NCBI GenBank assembly: GCA_038496445.1
Contig: JALMLS010000538.1
Location: 124,001-188,000 of the forward strand
Source of the DNA: Trichosphaerium sp. ATCC 40318
Taxonomy: Eukaryota > Protista > Tubulinea
Direction of reading: 5' to 3'
Length of the DNA: 64,000 nucleotides
Part shown: positions 24,022 to 36,028 of the stretch, piece by piece
How the letters are laid out: each line of letters opens with the position of its first letter
Position numbering within the stretch: position 1 is the stretch's first letter
Made by a program: the position numbers and the translations under genes
Notes under the pieces: model-generated
What the model was told of the DNA's origin: nothing
The model's database searches: none
The model's input: the letters and a program-made list of their open reading frames with translations, nothing else

Positions 24022-25938
24022 TCACACTCGCGTCCGTGGTCGTTTTGAAGGCCTTCCATTATTTTCACTATATCCACTAAAAGGTACAAAAGAAGCAGAC
24101 CTAACAAATCCAGATATATCCTTTTGATCCAACTGATCACTTAAAAAATTATTATCAGAGCTGCTGCCTTGTAAACTCCTTTTAACACCTTGCTTCAAAG
24201 GAGAAGTAAAAATATTATCATGACCTGATCCTAGCATATCTTGGAATATCTTAGCATCATTAGATAACTCCCATCCCCTCGACAGATCCTTACGAGGCGA
24301 TAAAAATGATAAACTATCAGAACGTTTCAAAGGGGAAAATAATGAATCTTTTGTAGGTGATAGAAGCCAAGAATTACCAGATGGAGGTACACCCAATAGA
24401 GCAGAAAAAGACATCTCTCCAAGTATAGGTAATTCAGCAGCAGTGGAAGCATCAGATTTTATAATTTCATTCGCGTCAGGTTTAGGTAATGGACCTAGAA
24501 AAAAGGAACTCGTCAGAAGTTAATAAAAAGAGCTCCGAACTTACTTTGTCTCTTTTCCTTCGGCGAGACTTGAACAGGTTCATACGAGTCTAATGGTAGT
24601 GCACAGTGAGCATCCTGTGAGATTTCAGGTAGAGGCAACGGAAGAGAAACATCACCCATCTATACAGAGTAAGAAAGCGGTGAAGGCTTCTAAAAACTGA
24701 AAAAAAAAAAGTACCAAGAACTCAGAGTCTTTGCGGATGGCATCACGAGCCACGTTATCATAGAATAATTTACAAATAGGTGGATAACCAAGCTGATGAT
24801 ACACTTGTAGCATTGTAGTATTATTATCATCAACAGTCCATCCATGATGATCAGTTGGCTTCCAAGGATAAATACGAATTTTTTGACCTTCTAATTCAAA
24901 GTTAACTCAAAGATCTACCTTCAAAAAAAGATGCTTACTAGCTCCTAGAATAGGCCACTTCTTGTGTAAATGAAAGGCTAGCTTTGCTATAGTCTTATTT
25001 GGTTTTATACTCATCCTAACGTACAATAAGCGCCAACCACAAACATAAACTCCTCGAAGACTTTTCTTCTTTTCAAAAAAAAAACGTGCAAACAAAACGT
25101 GTTTTACAACCGTCACCCCAAAAAAAAAACCAAAACAAATCACGACGTACTGTAATCGTGGGTTCCAACCAGCGCTAGATAACATTGTTCCAACATCATC
25201 AGTCATTGGCAACAAGTGTATTGTGATTTTATTTGGTGTTGGAAATCTTTGATTTTTAAGCATATCAAGTTCTTTGCGATGACTAAAAATCGCGTGTGAG
25301 CGTAATCGTAGGGAAAATCACAGAAAAAAAATAAAAAAAGAACGTACGAAAGAATCCGCTCTCTCAAAGTCCTAGCAAACTCTGTGCATGCTGCGCCACG
25401 CTCATCAAGATTCTGGTTATATCGCATCTCTCCATAGCAAATAAGAGCGTTTATAGCGGCAATTGGAACCTAAAATAAAATTATTATTAAAAAAGGAACT
25501 GAAAACACGTTAATTTCGCATACAAACGCTCTGGCGCGCTGTAAACTCACCTTTATATCCCACGTAAAATCAATTAGATTTAGTAGATGTGCAATTCGAC
25601 TCATTTGACGATAATAGTAGCTTCTTACCTTTATACAAGCGGTTAGGTAGTTTTAGAATATATTTACGTACTTGGTTTACAGGTCTACCAACTTTCTCAG
25701 CAATTTTGTGCCAATTACACTGTTGAAGGGTGTTTTGTTTGTTTTGAGCTGTATGAGCCATTAATCCTTCTATAACCGCCTATTTTACAAAAATTTATAC
25801 AATTGTACACAAAGCGGATAAAAAGCGACGTTCACGTACTCTGTGTTCTCCATAACACCACTTCTTACTGCTAGAGCGTTTTGGAGAGTTTATTGTTGGG
25901 CTGGGTAAAGCAACACTATTTGACCACTCAGGTTGCAT
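24022..25938 (-). CDS. Cramped / TSL-kinase-interacting protein 1 (TKI1)-like SANT-domain chromatin protein (spliced; 3' end uncertain)
   Basis: SANT-like KKWCYGEH...NWHKIAEKVGRPVNQVRKY; KITIHLLPMTDDVGTMLSSAGWNPRLQ-MSIKPNKTIAKLAFHLHKKW; IRIYPW...GWT...QVYHQLGYPPICKLFY, matching the Cramped/TKI1 conserved block; Ser/Pro-rich tail. Confidence 0.7.
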
Positions 25939-26148
25939 CACAAGCATTACTTTGCCTATACTCTCTTTATCCCGCGCAACGGTAGTGTGAAATACTGCCG
26001 CCAATTTCTAGAAAAAGTATTCTATGAGAGTGAATAGTGGCGCACAGCTCCGTTGCTGGTGTTGTAGTAAAACGCGCGAAATATCACCTCAGGCTTAACG
26101 ATAACCTGAGTTAAGTGCGAGAAACGAATATTTTGATGACGTAAGCGA

Positions 26149-28400
26149 ATGACTCTTCGATTCGCTTTGATTCTTGCTTTATGCACTTGTTTCGCGTTTT
26201 CAGCGTCTACAAATAACCTGTACGAGGCTAATGACGAAAAATACAACTTCGACCTCACTAGAGTAACTGTCGCAGACGTGCGTCGCTTCGTGTGTAATTT
26301 AACCGAATGTTTACTGTCGATTTAGTGGGAAGGCTCAATTCGTGACGTTGTTCAAACAGAGACTGAATTTGAGCGCCTCGATCTTATTTTGAAGGTTAAG
26401 ATTAATTTTAAATTACATGTGACTAAATGTTGTCTTAGGATAAACCAGTACAATGTTACATACCTGTCGCGACTAAGGAAGCAGACAAAACCAATGTAAG
26501 CTGTCGCAAAATAAAATAACGCCTGAAACTAATCATACCGAAGGAAGACACAGATGTAAAACACAACACCACATTCTACCTCGATAAAATGACAAATTGT
26601 GTCTATTCAGTACGTTTTCAACCAACTTTTTTAAAAGCATCAATAGTTATTCTACACGCTAAACTCGTCTTCAGTGGGAAGGATGGTGGTCTTACGAGTT
26701 TTGCTGGGGTAAACACGTCATGCAATTTCATCAAGAAGAGGATAAGGCCAGAGGCGATACGTTTTACCTAGGTACATCAATCTAGAGCGTTTGACGCATT
26801 TTTGAACACGTATTGTCGTCAGAAAAGTAACAAGTTTGTAAGGCTTTGGAAACACTTCAACAGAGGTTGTAGAGACTAAAAAGTATGTATCTGTAACCTA
26901 CCGTAACGGTACACTATGTGAACTGTCTAATACGGAGCGTCAGATTGAATTAAGGTGAGAACTTAACAGATTACTTTTGAAGAAAAAAAAGAAGAAAGTT
27001 TTCTTTAACTTTTTTTAAGGTTTTCCTGTGCTTCTGATGGGTTTGTGTCAATAAGGTAAGTTGTTGATAATTAGTTTGTAACTGATTCGTATTATAGAGA
27101 ACTGAGAGAACCAGAAACATGTCACTATGTCATGGATATTTTAACGCCATACATTTGCAAGCACCCAAAATATAGATTGAAGGTATGATTTTTGGTTTTT
27201 TTCGTTTACTACTTTCGTAAGACGCTTATATCCCATAGAAAGTTGTTACAAAGAATATTAAGTGTTATGAGATTATACCCAATCCTGAAGTTGCGGTATC
27301 AGAGCGCGAACAGCCGCGTTTCAAAGACGAACCGGTTGTAACGGTAATTGGTTTTTTTCTCTGAAAAAAAAGTAGAATTTCTAAACAAGCATAGGCACAT
27401 TTTGAGCCTGTAGGGACTGCTCATGTTTCAGGTGGTGAGGGTTCTAATACTCATTTCACAGCAGGTATAGTTTAAATATACATACACCACTAATGAAGCG
27501 TATAAGGTGACTTCCTTCAAGTTCGTCAGTCAGATAACCCAAACGGAAAATGGAAAAGTTTAATACAGGTAACACTTTTTTTAGACAATGACTCTTCATC
27601 TAGTATGTCGCTATTCGATATCTTGTTAATTTTTTATATCTAGTTTGATATTACAGATATGTTGTACCTTAGAATCAAGTCAGCCACATTGGTGTTACTA
27701 CCACACAAAGGTACGAATTTAATTTTTCTTCTGCTGGGTTTTGTTGTGTTCTGTTCTCTTACCTTGATAGTGAATGAGAAATTCAATAAGGATCCCAATG
27801 CATTGCTTAGTGTAAAGGTTATACCCTCTTCATGGAGTGAATCAGACGTCACATGGCTTAGTAGACCTGTACGACAGAAATACGAAAAAACTTATTCTCA
27901 TTCTATTTAAAGAAAAAAGGAGTACAAGTCGCCATTTATAGACCTGCTCAAGAACAACCAATGCGTTTAGATGTGACATCATCATTATTATCTGAAATTA
28001 TACGTACTGAAGAAGATGCAGAAACAAAAGCTTTGTTTTCAATATCAATAGCAACAGCGCCAACCACTGGTAAATATATTTTTGTTTTTTACATATTTTT
28101 TATTTCTATTCTCACGTGTTCATAGTTCATCAGGGTCTAGTTAAATTTTGTTCTCGAGATTCTCATTACCGCCACTGTGTACCTAAATTAGAAGTTGAGT
28201 ATTGGGATGATGACTATGTCAATCCTGTTGATGAAGAAGGTGAAGAAACATCGCCAGACGATGTAGTAACGTCAACAGATGAAACATCGCTAGACGACGC
28301 AGTAACATCAACAGATGAAACATCGCCAGACGATGTAGTAGCAGCAACAGATGAAACATCGCCAGACGACGCAGTAACATCAACAGATGAAGAAGTATAA
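26149..28400 (+). CDS. OS-9/Yos9-like ER lectin (MRH domain) fused to DNRLRE/CBM96-like beta-sandwich and acidic repeat tail (spliced)
   Basis: Signal peptide; WEGWWSYEFCWGKHVMQFHQ, YRNGTLCELSNTERQIELRFSC, ELREPETCHY...TPYICKHP (MRH); then KSLIQFDI...IKSATLVL...SSWSESDVTWLSRP...LDVT...FCSRD...PKLEVEY (DNRLRE-type). Confidence 0.8.
28245..28388 (+). repeat. Coding tandem repeat, 4 x 36 bp (ETSPDDVVTSTD)
   Basis: GAAACATCGCCAGACGATGTAGTAACGTCAACAGAT and three near-identical copies head to tail with no spacers. Confidence 0.95.
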
Positions 28401-28459
28401 ATTTTTTTTGTTCATACTTTTGTAAATAAACTTTTAGATCTACTATAGATTGCATGAGC

Positions 28460-28754
28460 ACATGTCGACTTTCATTTAAAACTGGGACATTGTTTGGACA
28501 AGAGCATAAAATTATGAGGTTTCCAGGCCTACAATCTCTTTTTCCCTTTTGTTACGCTAAGAAATGGTACGTAATCAGCTGTTTTACAGACTTAGCCGAC
28601 CAAATCGTCCCTCAGAAAACTCATAATTTTATGCTCTTGTCCAAACTTTTCTTTTTAGGCTGCATTTGCTTTGTAGTTATCTGTGGGCGTAAGGTATTCA
28701 TTACAAAAGTTCTTAGCCCAAACGACCTCAGTTTTAAATGAATGTTTTGCATGT
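28460..28754. mobile_element. Foldback / MITE-like element with nested inverted repeats
   Basis: Perfect 27-bp inverted repeat 28492-28518 / 28620-28646 nested inside a perfect 14-bp inverted repeat 28471-28484 / 28729-28742; no coding potential evident. Confidence 0.55.
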
Positions 28755-29341
28755 AAAACAAATCAGCATTGATTTCTAATTATAGCTCACATATCAATAC
28801 CAGCAATGCTCAAAACGTGTGCAATAAGAGCCTATGTAGGGTTCCGGGATAGGTTTCTGCGAATCTTGACTTTTGCGAAAATATCACGCAAAGCTGAACC
28901 AGATTTTGTTGTGTTTGACCGGACAGTTGTGTTTTCAGAGTTTAAGAAACACAATTGTGTTGTATGTATATTAGGGCGTAGTTTGGTGCTTGCTTACAAA
29001 TGCTGGAGGCATTTCTAACTAAAAAAAGAATCCCACAATTTTTTTATTGTTGAAAAGATGGTAGATTTAAGTTGCAGCTCAGTTTGTGTCTGTCAGATCC
29101 ATTAGTATATCTTACTATTTTCGAATTATAAAGTGGTGCTAGTCATCACATGGATCTTTTTGTTTTTCTATGTACAACAAACAAACTCACAATAAAAAAT
29201 CGTTACTAGTCATAATATTATCTAAATGCGTCGCTTTTGGTATTGCTGTAGCAGAAAACGTGAGAACACCTTTCATCGCACGTGATTAAATATTAAGTCA
29301 TGCTCATTCGAATAAACCAGTACTGTATCCTACAGTATAGC

Positions 29342-30920
29342 ATGAATAAGCTGTATTTTTATTGTTTGGCTTTAATGGCCTTGGCGGCTGTCGGTTTTGC
29401 TTTCGATATATCGAAACAGCTCGATTTCGTTCAAACTCAAGCCGAAACGACGTGGAAGGTATGTTTAGACTTAAATTATCTTTTTTGTCGTTTTTTACAC
29501 TGTAATAAGGGCCTACCTTCGTTAACGCGGTATCCCGATGCGACTGAGCCTGTTGGAGATGACTGGCAATGGCACTATGTCAGCGGTAATGTCACATGAA
29601 TATTGCTTGTAACTTTCTGACGCATGTCTTTTAGCGGGAGGCTGGACATGCGGTTTCTATGCTTCAATGCTTTGGAAGCTTTCAGAAGTATACAAAAACA
29701 GCGCGTGGTCTAGTAGAGCAGCTTCACTCATAGAAGGAATAAGAAAAATAGAAAATGACACGGGAACACATGGTAACTTTTTATTGCCCTAGAAATTGAC
29801 TTACTTATTTCTCTGTTTTAAGACGTTGGGTTTATGGTCTTTTACACATTTGGGTAAGTGCGATAGAGTACTATGTTAGAAATATAATTAGTGTGTAGTC
29901 ATGGGTACCTCTTGACTCAAAACGAGGATTATAAGAAGGTAACCTTGACAGCAGCAAAGTCATTGTCAACTAGATACAATAAAGTTGTTGGATGTATTGA
30001 ATCATGGAATGCACCTAAAGGTAGATATCACGTGACTTTTTACCAACAAGGTTTTTCACACGTTTATTAAAGGTCACTTTTATGTTATCATCGATAATAT
30101 GATGAACTTGGAGCTTCTTTGGTGGGCAGCAGCTAATGGTACTTTTTTGAACAATAAAAAACACTAATGTACTGTTTATAAGGTGGTGAGTCTGTATTTC
30201 ATGACATGGCAGTCAGTCATGCTGATAATATGATACGTGATTGTATTAAACCAGATGGATCTTCATATCACCTCGTCGATTATGATCCAGATACAGGAAA
30301 AGTCATCAAAAAGTCCAATACACCTCAAGGCATGCGATACTATTATTTTCTTCAAAAATTCTGACTTGTTTTTTGTAGGCAAGACCGGAGGTGTATGGGC
30401 TCGTGGTGAAGGTAAGACAGTTTAGATATATTTCAACTAATATAAACTAAAGCTTGGGCCATTTATGGATTTACAATTGCATACAAATACACGAAATTCG
30501 AACGTTATCTCGATACTGCTATCAAATGTGCAAACTACTTTATCTCACATCTTCCACCTGATCATGTTCCATACTGGGATTTCTTCGCTCCTCATAACGA
30601 ATCACGTGATTCATCTGCTGCCGCGATAGCTGCTTCAGGATTAATAGATCTCTCACAGTACGTTCAATACCGCTATTAATATTCTTAGTAACTTACTTCT
30701 TAGATACGTCAACGCCACACTTTCAGCAACATACATGAATGCAGCAAACGCAATGTTGTCTTCTTTGTCTTCTGAAGCATATTTGGCAGACCCTAAAACG
30801 TCACCTGCTGTTCTTCTACATGCTACAGGATCTTATCCATCCAATAGCGATATTGATGTTTCGTTGTCTTATGGTGGCTATTATTATACTGAAGCATTGA
30901 TCAAACTGTCAAAAAAATAA
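29342..30920 (+). CDS. Unsaturated glucuronyl hydrolase, glycoside hydrolase family 88 (secreted; spliced)
   Basis: Signal peptide; WTCGFY, THDVGF, IIDNMMNLELLWWA, GSSYHLVDYD, WARGEAWAIYGF, VPYWDF, RDSSAAAIAASG, YYYTEAL. Confidence 0.92.
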
Positions 30921-31268
30921 TGTGCTATTGATACCACATTAACTAGATTCTGTTTTTTAGCATCAAGTGCAAATCCAACTGCTAGGTGTACCAAATAAAA
31001 AACATTACTCGTTCTCAACACGTGATTATTAAAACCGAATCACCAAAAAAGCAAGTATTACTCCTTTGTCACAACTAAATTTTAAGATTCCGCTTGAAAA
31101 TCAAACACGTGACATGGAGTTCTCTACATTTTTAAGAAATGAACTGCGTACTGGATAAAAAAGAATAATGGAGGTGGTTTAATTTAATATTGAGTATTGA
31201 GTGTTTATAAAGCAAAAAAAGACAGTTTATTAATTTTGAAGCATTCTTCGCCATTTGCTTGTGACCTT

Positions 31269-33663
31269 TTATTCGCTGAAATATTCCTGTATCCAGGAGC
31301 CAATAATCTTATCTTCTTGAATTCTTTTTGATTGTAAGTAAACAAAAGGGGATGAATCTTAAAAAGAAGTTTTGACAACATGCGTACCTAGCTTCTGTTA
31401 CATAAATAGGATCATTTGGGTTTGGACCACGTAGATCCAAGTGGTGACCAGCCTCAGGTATCATTATAGATATAAGAGTAGGAGATAAATCTTCCAAAAC
31501 CCCTTGAGTATGTAGAGGGTCAAGCATGCCATTAGAGAAGATAATATGACTTGTGCTTTTCAAAACATCAAATCCACCAACTTTATAAATAAACAAGTTA
31601 AAACCGGATGGTTGGAATTGGTTCTCGAAATTTCTTGTCGGTGAACGCTAACATACACTGTATAAGAGGCCATTCAGGTACTAGAGTGACACCATAAAGT
31701 TTCATACAATTATCTACATCAAGAGATGCATTCCAAGGAGTCAAAGGGAACATTCCTCTAAAAGGAAACATCAGAAAAAACAAGTTAACAGATATTATTT
31801 AAATGTTTTTTGGAGTACCGATATCCGTGAGGTAGGTACACTTCTGTACACGCAAGGTAAGGCCATGCAACGTTTTTAAATATTCCAGGAACATCACTAC
31901 GTCGAATTAGGTCTTGGGTAAGTCAAGATAAACGAAAATGAAAACTATTCTCAAATCTAGCTGTTAGCTCTTCTATTGTATACTCACTTGATAGGGTCGT
32001 AGCATGTTTTATCTCCAGTGGTATTATATATCGTGCCTAGACCATCACCTAATCCATCGAACTATTGACAGAGGTGTAAGTTGCTTAAGGTTGTTGAAAT
32101 ATTTCCTGGATACAAAAATAGTTGTTTTTCTCTGCTTACAGGGAAGTCGTATTTTGATATTCTGTTACATGTAACATTTACAGGCCATGCTGGTAATTGA
32201 ACACCACCATAATCAGTAGCGTAAGGGTAATCAAGTTCTGCTTGTAGAGCAAGACCTTCCATTGCCCATGTATAAACCTGGAAAACAACAATAAGAACAG
32301 TACATTGTTGGTTTTTTTTCGCGTTGATTCTTGTTTTTTCGTGTTAACCATCCTCTCACAAACTGCACGGAAGAAACACTCTTAAAATTTCTATAGAAAA
32401 CGCTTGAAAGTCTACGCTGTGGGTACCTCGAGCGCAGCTTCTTCTGTTGGTAATGGATTACATAGTTTCATTGTTTTTTGTATAGCTAAGCGACCTTCTG
32501 GTGTTTTTGTATTTGTTATCAGTGTTGTTAACGCTGTAAATATATTTATTTCGCATCCGCCTAGAGCCTCTTCATATGTTTTTGTACATGCATCAGCGAA
32601 AGCAAACGGTGTAACGTCTAACAAGCAGTTTGAGAACAACAGTTCTTGGTGAAAGATGTACCTGTTCCTGCGAATGCAAAAGGCGCAGAAGCGGCCAATC
32701 CACCAAGGCTGAGTTGAGGATATTTGATCCTGTTTGAATAAAACTGTTAGGACCAGAGGTTGTTATGGAAATAACAGTAAAATAAATTTTGAATGAAACT
32801 GTATGTACCTGAACCAAGTTGTTAACATGCCTCCGTATGAACCACCAAAAAGTATGACCGGGCAATTAGAAGCGCCCTCGATAGTATTTTTTAAGTTGGT
32901 TATAAGAACAGCGTAATCGGCAAGTGCTTGATCTAAACAAGACATTGTCAACAAAAAAAAGTTCAAGACACAGTTTTCAAAAGCAATAGTGGTTCACTCT
33001 CATTGTGCAATATTTCGAGCGCAAGTCGAGTGATTCAGGGCACGTTTATACCAGTGAAGGATGCTCTGGTATTGCAAAAAAGCACATGCCTACTGATAAA
33101 TAGCCAATATTTCCACGTGCGAACGACTCGTTACCAAAAGGTAAACTCTCTCCAAAGTATCTATGCTCAGCAAAAACCAAGAGTCCTCCATACTTTGGCG
33201 CTAGAATCTTGAGAAAAAAATTGTAAGTAAAGCACAAGAAGTGATGACATTTGAGGCAAGTGTTGATTATAAAAGCAAAGTTCGTTATCCTTTTTCAACT
33301 AATGTTCACGTGCCTGGGTAAATAAACCACTGCCGCTGTAATAGTCAGTAACGGGAGATTCATTTCCTGTGTAAAAGAATATAGGACCTTTACAACCTTT
33401 TGGGTACGCTAGAATAATATAATTAGGAAGTAGACAAGCGTCACAACATACTTTTAGTTCCCCAGAATGCGTCTGCTACTAGATATCGCTGTTTGTATGT
33501 TTCTTTCAGTTCTTGGTTGAAATGATCTTTATAGCGATGAGCGAGTAAGTTATTCAGTGTTTAGTGTACCTATGGGTTGGGTAAAGTAGTATGTTTTATA
33601 AGGCGGTGCGGGAGAGCAAAGCGCTATCGAGACGAAGCATAAAACGAGAGCGAGTATGTGCAT
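31269..33663 (-). CDS. PRCP: Lysosomal Pro-X carboxypeptidase / DPP2-like serine peptidase S28 (spliced)
   Basis: [71 protein letters not shown]. Confidence 0.9.
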
Positions 33664-34236
33664 AGTGCCTCCAGTGTTTAAAAGTTGCTGCGCACGTGCC
33701 TTTTTGACTACGACTGACCGTTTGCTCTAGCATAGGCGCCTTGATACTTGCAATCGTTAACGCTTTATCTGGATTACTTTTAATAACACACAACAATACA
33801 GTAAGACAAAAAGACTACTACCCAGCGCAGATATGACTTTACGTTTAGCCGAAAGTTCGCTCTTTTTTTGATTTACCACTAGTTCCCAAATGTGCCGAAA
33901 AATCGAACGGTTGATCTATTACTAACCAAAATTGAGTGTGACTGTGAACGTATACATGAACTGGCCTAAAAACTTCAGTAGTGGGCGAACTTATGACCGG
34001 CTCATAATAAGATTGATAAAATCCCTCAAAAAGAACTGTAGCACATTTTTTACCTGTATCATTTCTCAAATACGACTTACTAATGTTACAAACTGGGTGG
34101 GTTGTTACACCTTTCTAACTTGCAAAATTACTACAAAGAACAAACCAGAAAAAAGTATCACCGAAAACTCGCACATTTTTAGCCGAGACGCTTCATTTTC
34201 TACAACCACCAACAAGAAACAAATCAAAGAAACAAT

Positions 34237-35764
34237 ATGTCAACAACTAAAGCTACAGTATGTGTTACAGGAGCCACAGGTACCTTTACAAATTGGAATA
34301 CGTTGTGACATTGTGAAGGGTTCATTGCTTCATGGGTAATCAAGCAACTTCTTGAGAAGGGCTACAAGGTTAAAGGATCATGCAGAGACCCTACAAACCA
34401 ACGTAAAGTCAAGCATCTAAAAGAAATGAAAGGAGGAGAGCTTGAGCTATTTAAAGCTGACTTACTTACTCCTGGAGCTTTTGACGATGCCATACAAGGT
34501 AATCAATGATAAAGAGCGAGTCTGTTAGCTTATTCTCGGCGTAGGATGTGACTATGTTATTCATATGGCTTCACCATTGACCATAGATGTGAAAGATCCT
34601 CAGAAAGAGCTTGTCGTACGTCAATTAGAAAAGTATTATCGGTGGTTATGTCTAAAACCGCGAAGGACCCAGCTGTGAATGGTACACTCAATGTGATGAA
34701 AGCAGTTAGCCTCGCTAAAACTGTCAAGAGAGTTGTTCTAACATCCTCAATGGCACGTGATATTATTACATTTAGTGAAACTAATGTTTGTCTTCAGGCT
34801 GCCATTACAGATGAGCCAATTAAGAAATACACAGAAGCAGACTGGAATACAAAGGTATGTGAATTTTTGCCGCATTCGTTTTGAAGCGTTACTGATTCCT
34901 TTAGTCCTCACTTACAAGAAACCCGTATTACCTCAGCAAAGTTGAAGCTGAGAGAGCTGCTTGGAGGTATTCTCAGGACAACGATATTGATTTAGTTGTT
35001 ATAAATGTACGCCTTGTAAAATTGTTTTTTCAGTCTCTTAGATAACACTTTTTGTAGCCTTTTTTCGTTATTGGTCCTGCGCTTAACACCTCTTTGAATG
35101 AGAGTAATAAGCTGTTTGGAAATATCATGACTGGTAGAATGCCAGCAATCCTGCACATAGGCACGTGTTTGTCAACGTTCTCAATTGGTTTGTTTCATTA
35201 AGCTCATAACGGAGTAGGATGGGGACTAGTAGATGTTAGAGATGTCGCAAAGGCTCATATCCTTGCAATGGAGAAAAAAGATGCTAATGGTAGATACTTG
35301 ACTTGCAATGAAACTGTTGCAATGAAAGATGTACGTCAACACTTGCATTGTTGTTGGAATTGCTTTGGCTTATTATATACTCCCAGATCGTTCAGCTTTT
35401 CAAGGCCAATTATCCACAGTTCAAGAAGCTTCCATCTATGAACTTAGACTGTAAAGTTGGTGCTTCGTTCACTAAGTTCATGGCTAAGTTTGAAAAGAAA
35501 GGAATGAGAGATTACCTCGAAACTAATGTTGGTGAGTGTTGCTTAGCCTGGTCAAATAAACATAACTTAACACCTTTCTCAAGGCAAATTTCCAGAGTAC
35601 GATAATAGCAAAGTCAAGCGTCTTGGCTTGGAGTTCAGGGAAATTAATGAAACCCTTCTTGGTATGTATGTGCTTCAAGCTTTTAATAATGCTGTGTAGA
35701 TACTGTAGCCGATTTGATAAGCCACGGGCACATCAGTGCAAGCAGTTCAAAAAAGAAAAAATGA
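34237..35764 (+). CDS. NAD(P)-dependent epimerase/dehydratase, dihydroflavonol-4-reductase / cinnamoyl-CoA reductase-like (spliced)
   Basis: [70 protein letters not shown]. Confidence 0.92.
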
Positions 35765-36028
35765 AGCAATACCTAAGACTAAAAATCAAGTTCAGAATCT
35801 ATTGTTAGTAACCTTCTTTTGGGAATAAACAAACTACTTTTGCTATTCGGTTTCATTGCACTAATTTAGTAAGTTACTGTTTCTATCGTGTACAATTATA
35901 ATTCGATTGGTCTGACAGTGCTGTGTATACCACTTGTTAGAGCTTTCGGCAATGAAATGTTTTCTACAAGTCCTTGTATAGTCACGTGAATGATATTTTG
36001 ATGTAGCCTTCAATGTAACATACTGACA

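Noticed and set aside
28245-28388. 36-bp repeats of CRISPR-like length
   Set aside because: Head-to-tail with no unique spacers and in frame within a coding exon.
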